Assembly (NCBI GenBank): GCA_009602725.1
Contig: WELB01000006.1
Location: forward strand, 342,687 to 406,686
Origin: Spirogloea muscicola
Lineage: Eukaryota
Length of the DNA stretch: 64,000 bases
Direction of reading: 5' to 3'
The position numbers and the translations under genes were made by a program. Under the pieces are notes generated by a model, which was not told where the DNA came from, did no database searches, and saw only the letters and a list, made by a program, of their open reading frames with translations. Positions 1 through 13,096 of this stretch are shown one piece after another; the stretch's first letter is position 1; every line of letters starts with the position of its first letter.

Positions 1-18
1 CTTCTCCTGCTCCGAGTT

Positions 19-490
19 ACTCTGATCTGCTGTTGCTCACACGTGGATACTGAGCAGCCATCTGCATCTCCCTCTGCACCATCTTGCACTTTGTAGTGTA
101 GTCCTTTTTCAGCACCTCTTTCTTTGGCTTTGAACATTGTCCATTCTTTTTGGGTTGGCTTTGCCAGCCCCTCTTCTCAATGGGCGAGCACCTTCTTCTT
201 TTGGGCTGGCACCTTCGTAGTTTGGCCCCTTTGAACCTTGTCAAGTCTTTGTTTTGGGCTGGCCTCTCACAGCCATCGCCTTAACTCGGAGGAGCTGTTA
301 ACTTCTTCATCTCTATTTCTAGACTTCGTCTAGGTGACTCTTACCTAGCTGCAATTTACTCAAATCCACGGCTGCTAACTCGTAGTTTTAAAGCTCCCAT
401 TCGCCGTAGTTTCTTGCTTATATGTGTGCTTTAGCGCCTTGCGGCCATTTGGACCTTGTCCATGGTTTCTGGGCTGGCTTGTCACAGCCC
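19..490 (+). repeat. Copy of a dispersed intergenic repeat family built from a GGACCTTGTC..TTTTGGGCTGGC motif
   Basis: 91-190 is nearly identical to 24275-24372 and 56498-56597 (TAGTGTAGTCCTTTTTC.GCAC...TTGTCCATTCTTTTTGGGTTGGCTTTGCCAGCCCC...ATGGGCGAGC). Internal motif copies at ~125, 190, 225 and 443. Confidence 0.8.
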
Positions 491-959
491 CGGCCCCCTC
501 AGAGAGCTCACTATTCCTGCTGATGACAGGTGACAGCTGAGGGAAAAATTGAAGGGTTGCGCGATAAGAGATAGCGTATGTACATCAGCCTGCCAGTGAC
601 GCGTATGACGCGGCTTGCAGTTGACGTCCATGGGCGTGTGGGACTCGCTGGCTCGACCTACTCCAGCAGCTTGCACAACGTACTGTAAACTGCTCTCAAG
701 GGCAGCAGAGCGAGCGCGAGCACCCCAGCTTCAACGCCGTCAAAGTCGCTCGCTAAAGTGTACAGAATACGCCTTGCCTTTCTCTGAAGCACTTCTTGGC
801 ATTTGCCAGGCACTTGCGGGCAGGCCGGCCTTGGCTGCTACCTCAAGGTTTCGACAGGGTGACACTTTTCCACCTTCTAGTGTCTCCGATCTGCATTTGT
901 TGAACAGACAACCGTGAAACGTCTATCACAGAAGTCATGCAGAGTAGTTTTATATTACA

Positions 960-1202
960 CCGTCTCCGGCCCTTTCAAAGTCGTCCATTCCTTGAGGTGG
1001 CACTTTTCCAGCTGCAACTCACTCCGAGTTGCAGCTGCTGACTAATGGATATTGAGCTTTCAGATGTAGCCACTTGTCTGATTGTGTGCTCTTAGCGCCT
1101 TTCGGCTCTTTAAATCACTGTCCATTTCTTTCGGACTGGCTTTCAACAGCTCCCGCCCCCTCTGAAAGAGCCTTTCTTTCTTATGGGCTGGCCTCCTACA
1201 GC
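960..1202 (+). repeat. Degenerate copy of the same repeat family
   Basis: TGTGTGCTCTTAGCGCCTTTCGGC...TGTCCATTTCTTTCGGACTGGCTTT (1083-1143) and TTATGGGCTGGCCTC (~1181) match the motif at 423-490. Confidence 0.6.
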
Positions 1203-1377
1203 GATTGCCATCTTCTGTAGAGGCTTTTGAATGGTAGCTGCTGAATGAATATTCCAGAGAGAGCGGCCTGCATTGCAAGCTCAGCCCATCTGCACGAATA
1301 AAAGAATCGCTACCGAGGTAGCAGAGCAGCCAAAGCGCTGGCTGCTCCATGAGCGCCAGACACGTGACAACATTAGA

Positions 1378-4012
1378 TCAATCATCAATGAGACCGTAGG
1401 CGCGCTTGGCAGCTAGCAGTGTGTTCGCGAGGAGCATGGCGATGGTCATGGGCCCGACACCGCCGGGAACGGGAGTGATGGCCGACGCGACGTGCCGTGC
1501 CTCTTCGAAGCACACGTCGCCGACCAGCCGGTAGCCCCGTTTGGTGTTGGCATCCTGAATGCCAAACGGGTTCTTAGTGTCTCAGACATCAGCAAAGATC
1601 GGGTTATCTCTACTTTCTGTAGCATTCCTCTATTCTACAACATATCAAGTCTGAATATCGTGACCCTCACGCATTACTCCAGCTTGTAATCCCTTCACTG
1701 ACGTATGAAGGCACAAATGTATAGCAGAATGTCGTCAAGTACAGAGTCAGCACAGCGAGTCAATGCACTCAAAATGACCACAGGTCGTAATCAAGTGATG
1801 AAACGGGACTGTTTGCTTAAGCAGATTCACAACTTGGCACCTCGACAGGGTTGATGCCGACGTCGATCACAATCGCCCCGGGCTTGATCCAGTCGCCACG
1901 AACGAGATTGGCCACGCCTGCACCGGCGATGATGATGTCTGCCTCGCGTGAAATTTCCTCGGGCTGCTGCGTGTGCGAGTGCACAACTGTCACCGTCGCA
2001 TTGTATCTCTGCATAAAAGGCCAACCACAGTATGAAGTTGAGTTGTGGAAGCTCCTAGCCTGAAATTCATATTGCAAGATGGTATAGTAGCGAGAAGCAG
2101 TAGATGCTGGGCTGGAAGAATGCACTACTATGTCAGGTTACAAAATCCACATTTACCAATATTTGGGTCAGAGTACAAAGGAGCACTGAGTTTCTGCTAA
2201 AGTGCACAGAAACCCACGAGCCCACTGGTGTACTTTGCTCACTACCATACCTTGTATTCGAGGAGGTGTGCAAATCTAGGTACTTCTGCTTGGATGGTTT
2301 GCAACACACTATAAAGCACGCGCCACATTCCCGGAGCTTGGGCAAGGGGAGGAGCCTGACCTGGAGCAGCAGCGCAGCGGGCATGCCGACAACATTGCTG
2401 CGGCCAATCACCACCGCGCGCTTGCCATCTAGCTCAGCGCCTGACCTGTGAGAGCCGGACCCCCTGGTTACATGAGGAGCTCGCTTTGCAGCCTGCAGCT
2501 GCTGGAGCATGCTGCACCACCCCAGCTCCTTTTGTTGCTTCGGACGAAAGACGCCGAAGATGGCTGAAGGTGGCACCTAAGCCTTGCTGATCTTAGTACG
2601 CTCTGGAAGTATGATTGCCCAGCAAAAATGAAGATCTGAGCTAAAGCTCAAGTGCATAGCAAACATTCACTAAGTCTAGCGCCACAGCAGAAGTGCAGCA
2701 GCAGAGACCTGACAAGAAGCTCGAGGCAGCCTTTGGGTGTGCAGGGCAGGAAGCGTGGTTGACGGCCTGTCATGGCCAGCCGCCCGATGTTCACAGGATG
2801 GAAGCCGTCCACGTCCTTCTCCAGGCTCACTGCACACACGATGCGCTCCTCGCTCATTTGCTGCACATTGTCAGCGCGAGCGCCAGGGCGGCGCCGGCGA
2901 AAGCTGCAGGGTCAACGCTGACCAAGCCTCTATTGCAGTCTCAGTGCAGCCTCAACCTTACCCTGACCTCTTATGATATCCTGCCTCGAGCTAATGTTGC
3001 TTGTGCCAAGGGTTTCGCGCGTAAGTCTCAGCCTGGCACTAAGAGGAGTACTAACAGTGTATCTTGTTTGCTTATAGTGTAAACAGAAGATGGTAATAAG
3101 GCTGGACTGCCATTAGTGCCAGGGGTTGCTGTGTAGAGGTAGACGATCTATGGGACCCCCGCGGCAGGCAGAAGCGCACCTTGGGCAGCGGCAGCTGGAC
3201 GAGCACGCCGTGCACGGCCGGGTCGGCATTGAAGCCCTCGACGGCAGCCAGGACCTCGTCCTCCGACGCGTCCTCGGGGAGGTCGACGGCGAACGACGCG
3301 ATGCCCGCCATGGCGCAGGCCTTGCGCTTGCTGCGCACGTACGTCTCCGAGTCCTTGCGGGTGCCCACGAGCACGACCGCGAGGCCGGGGACCTTGCCCA
3401 CGGCCGCGCGCATCGCCTCCACCTCCTCCGCAATCTCCGCGCGGATCTCCTCGGCGATCGCCTTGCCGTCAATAATGGCGGCCACCTCCGTCGACGTAGC
3501 GGCTGCATCATAGAGGCAGTGCCGCGCAATGTGGGTGCAATTGATAGATTTAAGCAGCAACCCAAGTGCTGGACTTATGGTAAAGTGCTAGTATCTGACA
3601 AATGTCAATTTTCTTAGTACTTCTACGGAATTGATCTCTTACGGTTTTCGTGCCTTGGATTTGGAATACGTATGTTTGCACATATAATGGCTGGTCATAA
3701 AAGGAGAGCTGTAAGGATGCAGATACAGCATAGATTGGCACAGGACGTCGGCGCAATGTAGAGCCGCTAGCCACTGCCGCCAGCGCCATCAAACCCTGAA
3801 CGAACCCATTGCCGCCATTGCCTCTAAACCCTAGACGAGCCCTAAACCTTTGCAGTCGGAGCGCTGGAGGACGAGCTCGGGCGTGCGGCAGCGAGGCAGC
3901 GAGGTCCGGACCTTCGCCGCCGCGGAGGAGCGCGCCGCACGGCGGCAGGCCCGGCGTTGGGCGCCAGCTGTCGAAGCCGCCCCACCAGTGCGCCGCGGGC
4001 CGGCGCCCCGGC
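1378..4012 (-). CDS. FOLD: Bifunctional methylenetetrahydrofolate dehydrogenase/cyclohydrolase (FolD), spliced; 5' end (probable transit peptide) runs into the N-gap
   Basis: Exons 3180-3502 ([36 protein letters not shown]), 2709-2860 ([15 protein letters not shown]), 2361-2445 ([11 protein letters not shown]), 1841-2008 (DVGINPV) and 1378-1554 ([25 protein letters not shown]), joined by in-phase GT-AG introns. Confidence 0.95.
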
Positions 4013-4711
4013 NNNNNNNNNNNNNNNNNNNNNNNNNNNNNNNNNNNNNNNNNNNNNNNNNNNNNNNNNNNNNNNNNNNNNNNNNNNNNNNNNNNNNNNN
4101 NNNNNNNNNNNNNNNNNNNNNNNNNNNNNNNNNNNNNNNNNNNNNNNNNNNNNNNNNNNNNNNNNNNNNNNNNNNNNNNNNNNNNNNNNNNNNNNNNNNN
4201 NNNNNNNNNNNNNNNNNNNNNNNNNNNNNNNNNNNNNNNNNNNNNNNNNNNNNNNNNNNNNNNNNNNNNNNNNNNNNNNNNNNNNNNNNNNNNNNNNNNN
4301 NNNNNNNNNNNNNNNNNNNNNNNNNNNNNNNNNNNNNNNNNNNNNNNNNNNNNNNNNNNNNNNNNNNNNNNNNNNNNNNNNNNNNNNNNNNNNNNNNNNN
4401 NNNNNNNNNNNNNNNNNNNNNNNNNNNNNNNNNNNNNNNNNNNNNNNNNNNNNNNNNNNNNNNNNNNNNNNNNNNNNNNNNNNNNNNNNNNNNNNNNNNN
4501 NNNNNNNNNNNNNNNNNNNNNNNNNNNNNNNNNNNNNNNNNNNNNNNNNNNNNNNNNNNNNNNNNNNNNNNNNNNNNNNNNNNNNNNNNNNNNNNNNNNN
4601 NNNNNNNNNNNNNNNNNNNNNNNNNNNNNNNNNNNNNNNNNNNNNNNNNNNNNNNNNNNNNNNNNNNNNNNNNNNNNNNNNNNNNNNNNNNNNNNNNNNN
4701 NNNNNNNNNNN

Positions 4712-7700
4712 CGGCGGCGGCGGCCCGGCGGCGCTGCGCGGCTGCCGGCTCGACTGCGGCGCCGGCCTCCGCGAGCTCCTCGGCGGCCACGTAACCGTCC
4801 TCCGCCAGGTGCAGCGCCCCCTCCAGACGCCCTGCGCCAAACCGCTCAATTATCTCCGCTTAACCTTCTATCAGTGTGCACTAAACAACGAGCGGATGGG
4901 CAGTAGATGGACAGTAATTGGCCATATCCTGAATCTCTCAGTTGTCAAATACCGCTTCGAGTTCCAAGCTGGCAGCTTCAACACGGCAGATTGCGTCTCC
5001 GTGAGCCAATGCGGCAGAAGCTCGCAGCTGCTGCCGCCGTGCCTTATGGGTTTGTGGCTAAGTGGTCGAAGGCCAGCCTTGATCCTAAACCCTAAAGCCT
5101 CCTAGCCGTAAACCCTAGACCCTAGACACTATATCTTAAACCCTTAGCCGCCCTTGAGCTGTCACTGCTGCCCAGAATTTCACGTCTTGCTGCTGCCGCT
5201 GTCAGCCTGTGGCCAGCTGCGACGGCCTGCTGACGAGTGGGAGCTTGTCTTTGCGCCATCGCAGCACCTGGACCAGAGTCAAACGCTCACCCACTTCTTC
5301 CTCGAGCTCCGTGACATGCTGGTACGTGCCGAACGGGCATTGCGGAGTGTCCCCACTCCCGCTGGGCTGTTGCACACACGCTATCCATGCATAACCAAGC
5401 ACAGGCTTCAAGTCCCATTCTGATTGTCTAATATCAGTCACAGGTGCTTAAAGTAGCAACTCCACATTGTCACTGGCACACATATTGGCGGCACGAATCT
5501 GCACAAGGAGATTGTCTTCAGCAGGTGCCCTCACAGTGACAATTGCTGGCCATGTCGAGGCAACGGGGTCGCAGGAGAAGCTCATGCACGTGGACAGGGC
5601 GCCGCAGCTCGCGCCTGCTGCATTCTACTCACTCCTGCTCGACGAGGTGCGGGTTACCCATGCAGGGCCCTCAGGCTGCTCATGCAGCTGTCATTTACCG
5701 CGCCATGAGATCCATCAAGGTGGGGTCCACATTTTTGCTTGCTACTTGGCAAAGTATACCCTAAAGGCTAAACCCTAAACCTAAGCTCTAAACCCCAAAT
5801 CCTACACCCTAAACATTCGGCCCATATGGTTGTGCCTGGCAGCTTGCGCAAGTAGGCTGGGAGCGCGTGGCCTGGCTAAGCCCGGACCTGCATGTCGCTG
5901 ACTTCTACCTATGGTGAGCGCCACCAAAGAAGGACAAGCGAGCACGCACAGGCAGCTGCGTAATGCGTCCAGGCAAGGTTGTGTGCTGGTATCTCGTAGC
6001 TTGTGTCTCATTCTGTGGCCTTTCCCCTCAAGCGGCAGCGCTGACCCATTGCACAGTCTGGCACTGGCAGCGACGGCGCCGGCCGGCAGCATGCCCTGCG
6101 GCTCACGTTCCCTGCCGCCTACCCTGAGCACCCGCCGACTGCGTCAACGGTAAGTGTGCTATTGCGCTTAAGCAAGCTAGGCCCCAGAACTTGGCAGAAT
6201 TGAAGTGTGCCTATTCTATGCACTGCGGCCTGATGCGAAACCTGTGTGATGGCTCCGGCTGTCAGGATCTGCCGGAAGAGCTGACCCTGCAATGGATCAA
6301 GGGGACATCGCTGCAGAGCACCCTTGCGCAGTTTGAGGAGGTGAGGATTTGTATTGCACATCACTTTAGTCAATGAGGAACATTGGTTGGCTAACTTCAA
6401 TCTGGTTACACATGGAAGAGTGTTGAATTTCAAATGTTCCCTGTCGTGTTGAATAATCAAGCTCCAGTATTGGAGAGCTTCTGACTGTGTTCCCTGACTT
6501 GAGTGCTTGCAACACATTGATGGTCCAGGTTCTGAAATCGTACCAAGAGCTTTGGGATTGCATTGATGACCTTGACGCCAACACGCTCGTTCTTGAGCCC
6601 GAGAGGCCCACCCGCTCCGACACCTTTCGTCGGATTGCGCTTGGTATGATGCCTGCAGGCTGGCTTCCCATGCATTTGGAAGGCCTTGAGTTCAGATATC
6701 AGGGGTAAGGAGAAAGGGTCAGGATGTAGGGCCAGGACATAGCATGACGGCCTAGGCTCCGTCCAGGATTGAGGAGTATAGAGAGTTGTGATTTGCTAGG
6801 ATGTTTTATTGATGCTTAGGCTTTAACACTCAGGTTCAGCATTTGAGAGGGCTCTGAGAAGACAGTGTCAAGCTCTCAGAGTCAGGAGTTCAGGATCTTC
6901 AATCTTTGGGGTCTGGAGGCGTGCACACGTGAAGGTACGGCATGCCAAGTTGCTGAGTGACGTCCTTGTTCTGGTCTTGCAGGAGGCCACTGCACGATCT
7001 TGATAACCATCGATGCCCAATGTCCCCGAAGCCTTCCTGAGTAATTACCTCAATGAGGAAACCCTCAGGATCAATCTGCTACTTCAAGTGAAAAAAGCTA
7101 TGTTACTTTGCAATATCTGAGAAAGCCGTGATCATGCTTCCTTTGCAGTTGTCAATTCACAGGATCTGATGCTGCGGTAGGCCAGTTTCGTGACTCTCTT
7201 GAGGCAAATCTGGGGGAATGGCAAGCTCCAATCCCTATACTGGGCTCTTGCTTTATATACATCAGCCTGTCAGATCATATGGGCGCTACACACAGCTTCA
7301 CAGAGAGCCCTTGACATGGACTATGTCTTCAGCATAAAAAATTTTGAAGTCATCCATTGGTATGTGAGGAGTTCAGGATCCATTCTACATTTGATGGTCA
7401 CCGCTCTGGTCAAGATCTTGCCCGTATCATATGCTCCTTGGGCTGAAGCTATGCTGCAGGAGTACAGACAGGATGTTGAGGACGAACCTCGAAAGAGCCC
7501 TCAGAGTGTCGCTCCCAGGGCCAGGCTCGGTGGCAGCTGCGGGGGATGTCACATCCGACTGCAGCATCTGCTATACGTATCACTTGGCGAGCGATGAGCA
7601 ACATGCAGCAGGTCAGGCCCCCAAGCATTATCTGGCAACAGCATTGTTCATTCTTCGACTTATATTTTTGGATTTTGATTTATTCTTATTCCATTTTGCT

Positions 7701-8264
7701 AGTTGGCCATGTTCATTGATTTGTGTACTGCAGTCAGCAAGACCGCCACAGAGGGGACCAGCCGGGCCGCCCCCGCCCCCATCCCGGACCAGATATGCAA
7801 TAATGAGGCCTGTGGGAGGCCTTTCCACCAAGCCTGCCTCCCGCGGTGGCTCCAATCTCTCTTGACCACCCGGAGGCAAGCATTCTTTAAAGACATGCTC
7901 GTGGCACCTGCTATCTGGCTTAGAGTGTACAACTGAGTTGCATCTATACAGGCAGATGCTCTGCTTGGGAAGGACAATGTCAGATGGCGTTCGGTGCACA
8001 GTCAGTCAAAGGGCGCCATGCTGAGAAGCTGCGCCTTGCAATGACGCGAATGTTTTGTGCTCACATTTCGATGTACATATTGAGCAGGCATTAGAGGAGA
8101 TCCACCAGCACATTCAAAACTTAGTATTCAGTCTGGAGGTTTTGCGCAGGTCCTTTGACACGCTGTTTGGAAGGTGCCCCTACTGCCTTGGCGACATCTC
8201 CGTGAGGATGCACCCTAATGGAGGCGGCATGAAGCATGACAATCGGCATTGGCAGGCTGCATAG
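4712..8264 (+). CDS. FANCL: E3 ubiquitin-protein ligase FANCL, spliced; start lies in the N-gap
   Basis: Exons encode FFLELRDML, VGWERVAWLSPDL, DGAGRQHAL...[37 protein letters not shown]...RRIAL and a C-terminal RING (CSICY, CNNEACGRPFHQACLPRWL, SFDTLFGRCPYC). Stop at 8262-8264. Confidence 0.92.
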
Positions 8265-8531
8265 TGCCACCACTGCAAGACAGGGGGCTTGTGGGTGGAT
8301 CCGGCACAAGCATTGTACTACGCTATTGGGTTCACCAGACTGTGGTCTGTCAAGCGGGCCGCCAAACAAGAAGGTCGTATAGGTACACTGAGTCTTTGTG
8401 GCTGTGGAACTTCTATAGGACATAACCAGCATCTTCGAGATCGAGTGACTGGACTTCACCAGCTGGAGACTAACAGCCATTCTCTGCGAGTCTTCCAGGC
8501 AAGCTGGCCATAGAGGGTCTGCCCAACAGTG

Positions 8532-10221
8532 CTATGCCTTCTGCAAGCACAGACACGGCAACACTCTACGCAGTGGAGTCACTACTTGAGCCCTTCTCCT
8601 TCTATCAAGTCATGTCATGATACTATGTGACATACAACCAAGCTGCCTTGCCAAATTGCTTGCACGTCGGAGGTTGGTCAGAAGGGGCGAGGTGCAAGTA
8701 CTTGGATGGGCAGGTAGAGCTTGAACTCGGGGGGTAGCTCGTCCTCCGCATACAGCCGGTCTGAGAAGTAGATGCGGCGGATGCGGCAGTTGGCATGCAC
8801 CTGCACGCGCAGCGTCTCCGCATAGTTGGTTCCATAGGCCCGCTTGGTGAAGTCTGCCAGGTTGAACTGGACAAGAGCCACGTCAACAAGCGAAGGCATC
8901 AATGAAATATTTAGCGACCATCAGCAGCCAAAAGCCTCACACCTTTTTAAGGATTGGATGCCTCACATGGCAAGCACCGGCACTGCTAAGTGGACATGAT
9001 CTACATCATGGGTCTAAGCTTAGGCAGTGCACAACAACGCTTTGGGCTTCATACTTTCACAATTAGCATTTAGCACACCGGGACAACCACGGGGCACCCT
9101 GATGGTGGCTCAAGACAACTGTTCTCAGTGGAAGCCTAACTAGAATCATGAAGACATATATCCAAACGGAGCCTTGCTGATATCCTGCGGACGCTAGCCA
9201 AGATTGGCTGCGACCTGAATCTGGTTCCAGCCTTCATCGAGCAGCAGTGGCATTGTGCAGATGTACGGCTTCACTCTCGTAAGTGACTGCAGCCCTCGGG
9301 CAGATAACATGCATGGACGTGTCAGAGTTGTCACAGACTGCACACCCAACACTGTATAACAGTAGTTCTTCATGCAGCTGCTCAAGTTCTGTCCGTCACA
9401 GATTAGGAATCAGAACAATCGAGTCTCAAGATCCTGGGAATTGAGCGCTCGATTTCCGGTGAGGCTCAGTATTGTACTACCATAATAATAACGGCAAGTG
9501 GGGGTGAGGCGTGGGGGAACCTGGAAGTTGGATGCTCGGAAGCGGCGGCGGACGTTCTTGTCGTCCAGGACGTGGACCTCGAAGGAGAAGAGGCGGCTCG
9601 CGAGGGGCTTGACGAGCAGCACGAGGAGCGGGAGCTTGATGCCGAGCGTGGCGGCGGGGTCGGCGGGGCACGTCACGAAGTTGGCGGCCACGTTGCCGCC
9701 CTCCACCTCCAGCACCGACGACTGGATGTCGGGGTCGGCGACGCGCCGCACGCCGCCGCCGTCCTTCTCTGCGCAGGCAGCACCAAGGCAAGGTAAAGCC
9801 AAGCCAGACCAAGCTAAGCCAAGGTAACCCAAGCTAAACGCAAGCTAACCCCATAACCCCCTCTGACCCTTAACCCAAGTTCTCGGCCCGAGGGCCCAAG
9901 GATCACACGCCGATAAAGGCTACTGCCCTTGGCCGCCGGGCACCAGGGGCCGGCTGGCAGCAACAACAGGACTTAGCTTTGCGTTTAGGGTTTAGGGTTT
10001 TGGGAGTTAGGCTATCAGGTTCAAGCTTGGGGTTAAGGATTCAGGGGTTAGGGTTTCCCTGCGAGTGCACCTTGCTTGTCCCAGATCTGCAGCGGCTTGC
10101 TCCTGCCGCCAAGGCCGCCAAGGTGCAGAGGGAGCTGGCGGCGGTCAGCCAAAACCAAACCGGCAAGCACAGCCGCAGCGGCGGCGTGCTGGCTACGGCG
10201 ACCATCGTGGCGGCGGCGGCG

Positions 10222-10255
<34 letters not shown>

Positions 10256-10316
10256 AGTCTTACCCGAGGCTGTACAGGACCGACAGGAACCCCGACTGGA
10301 ATGTGTTCTTGAACAT
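8532..10316 (-). CDS. CFAP20: Cilia- and flagella-associated protein 20 / BUG22, six exons
   Basis: [18 protein letters not shown] (ATG 10316) / SKPLQIWDK / LGIKLP...[15 protein letters not shown] / [21 protein letters not shown] / [53 protein letters not shown] / micro-exon KA* (8532-8540). Confidence 0.96.
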
Positions 10317-11149
10317 GGCCGGCGGCAGCGACGGCGACAATCAAGGCGTTGCGTCAACGGCGGCGGCGGCGGCTTAAGAGCGGCGACTGCGGCGGCGACT
10401 GCGTGCGCGGCGGCGGAGGCGGCGGCGGCGGCGGCGGCAGCATCACAGGAGGCTCTGCGGCGAGCCAGGCGGGGGCCCGGCAGGGGCGACCAGTATCTGG
10501 TTGAACTCCGGCCGCGACGTCTGCACCACGGCCGCCGCCGGCAAACGGCGCGTCAGCGCCGCCGNCCGGGCAACTGCCAACGGGGCGAAAGCCGGGGTCA
10601 GTGGCAGCACGAGCAGGCAGCACAAGGCAGCAGAGGCTGACATGCAGGGGGCGTCAGTGCACGAGAAATGGCGGCGGGTCTTGATGAGCGTAGGAGCACC
10701 GAAGACAAGGCGGCTGAGGGTCAGCGAAGGAGAACGCCGTGAGGAGCGCGGGGGGGGGAGCCAGCAAGGGCCGTCGGGAGGAGGGGCCGCCGGGCTCCCG
10801 ATCCTGGGAGCGACGTTGTGGGGCGTTCCTCAGACGTGGGCCCCCGTCTCACATCAGCTCGTCGGCGTCCACGCCGGGGGGGCGGCTTTCCGGAAGCCTT
10901 TCTTCTTGAACATTTCCATTACCTGACTGATATCTCACAGCCGTTAAATTAGCCATTGCCTTACATCGGACGATCTGTCATCCTCTGGCAGGTGGCGACT
11001 GAGTCGGCCAGCTGCAACTGCAGCGGCGGGGCTGCAGCCTGAGGGCCAAGTCGAGGCCCCCCCCGTGGCCCCGGCCGCCGCCGCCGCCACCGCCGCCGCC
11101 GCCGCTGCCGTTGCCGCCGACACCGCCGCCACCGCCGCCGCCGCCGCAG

Positions 11150-12147
11150 AAGGCGTGGGAGGCGGCGCAGGCGCCGTTCAAGAACCTGTTTGCGCTGGGG
11201 TTCATGATGTGGATGGCCGGCAACACGCTGCACATCTTCTCCATCGGCATCGTCGCCTCCGCGCTCTGGCAGCCCCTCTCCGCCCTCCGCGCCGTCGCCA
11301 AGGGTCCGCCGCCGCCATCGCCGCCGCCGCCGCCGCCGCATGGAGCGCCGCTCCTTGCCCAACTCCTGAGTCTGACTCGAAATTGGTTTCAGTCTTTAAC
11401 ATTGACCTGGCCATTAAGACAGACCAAAACACCAGCCCCCTTATGTCCGAGTCAGGTGTCGAACCCTGAGTCTGTACTCAGCCATGCCCTGTGCTCCCAC
11501 AGTCTTCGGGCCCTTCAAGGACCCCCGCACTGACACGACGCTGCCCACGCTGCTGTACGTCGCGCTGCACCTCGTCGGCCTCGGCCTCGGCCTCTACAAG
11601 GTCCGCTCTGCACTTATACTCCACATTAGCGTGCATTGAGGCACTACCCATTGCATCTTTGATGCGCCAATGCAGAAAATCTGTGGTCCGTTCCGCGGCC
11701 TGACTTGCGCCGCGAGCACGCCCACCTCCAGCTACACGCACTTGGGCTGCTCCCCACGCATGCCTCGGACTGGATCTCGACGCTGCCCCCTCCCCACGTG
11801 AGTCTCGCATGATCTCTTTCTGATGCCATGCTTAATCCGTACATCCCAGAAGCTCCCAGACCCACAAGATGTAGTCCACCACGCCCAACTTTCGCATTGC
11901 ATGCTTCCTGTTGTCTGAGCCCTGCTGCTGCTGAGCCCAGCTCGCCGCTGCTTGCCAGCAGCGGCAAGAGGCTGTGCAATGTACGGCTGCGCTCTTGTAC
12001 CGCGTCCTTCAAGCCCGTGAAACTTGTTGTCAACACCCAAAGGTCGCCTCAGATTGACAATCTCCTCTGCAAAGCATGCTGATGCCCCGCTTCTTGGACT
12101 GCCGCCAGGCGTGCGAGTTCTCTGCTGGCGGTTTACCACTGACCTGA
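11150..12147 (+). CDS. EMC4: ER membrane protein complex subunit 4, partial (N-terminal exons not located)
   Basis: KAWEAAQAPFKNLFALGFMMWMAGNTLHIFSIGIVASALWQPLSAL, then FGPFKD...LGLYK, LHALGLLPTHASDWISTLPPP and a last exon ACEFSAGGLPLT* (12109-12147). GT-AG boundaries are in phase. Confidence 0.9.
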
Positions 12148-13096
12148 ATCACTTTGACTGGATTGGAAATGACGGCTTGGAAGTGGCGACCACGTCCATT
12201 TGCAGCTTGGAGCGAAGTAGCATTGAAGGGCAAAACAATATGTACAGATTTACATCGTTGGAAATTTGACATTCCAGAATCAGCAAGTAATAGGTCTCGA
12301 AGTGACTTGGAAGAGATTAAAGATTGGATTCTCTACAGAGGGAGTAATGAATGATAACAGGTCTGTGCAGGGTAGCTGCCAAGACAGATGAAGACGCTGC
12401 TTGGCACATGGTCAGTAGCAATTTGGCACAAGAGATTCAGGATCGCTAGGCACGAACAGAATGCTCAGGTCTAAGCCAAGTACTCATCTCAATCTCCTGA
12501 ATGCCGATTCCTGTACTCAAGGTTCGAGAACTTGTCCTGCACCCTGAACTCCTGGCCCTACACACTCTTTGCCGACAATGCCCGATCTGTTGCTCTGAGT
12601 GCATGGGTTTCATCAACTTCGCAAGCCATCTGGGGCCTGTGGCACGCCAGCATTCACCAAGCTGCACAATGAGCCACCCTTAGGGAGGTTGCATGTTTCT
12701 CAGACCGAGTGTAGCAACTGATTGGCGCTTGTGGCTACTGATGCTCAGATAAGAATGAAATAGAGCTGCAGAGACCACTCGTGGAGCACCAGCTGCATCA
12801 GTCAGTACTAGAGAGCAAGTTCCAATGGCAGACTTCATATTCATACTCACGGATTTGGAAATGAGGCCTTGTGATCCCTACTCCGGTGCCTTCTGGAGGC
12901 AGTGTATCTTAAACACTAGATTACTGTCTCAAAGAGTGTTGCACAAATAAAACAGTGTGATAATGGCTAAGTGGAGAGACATGGTTAGGCAGTGCAAATT
13001 GCCAGTGACATATATGCCTCGTGGCGTAAGTCCTTGAGAATATACAGGATTTGAGAGCAGTCGAGCATGGCCGTACAGCACTGCGGCCATGGCATG

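Noticed and set aside
3809..5105. Long ORFs spanning N-runs (also 40215-41760 and 33010-33636)
   Set aside because: Artefacts of translating assembly gaps and microsatellites.
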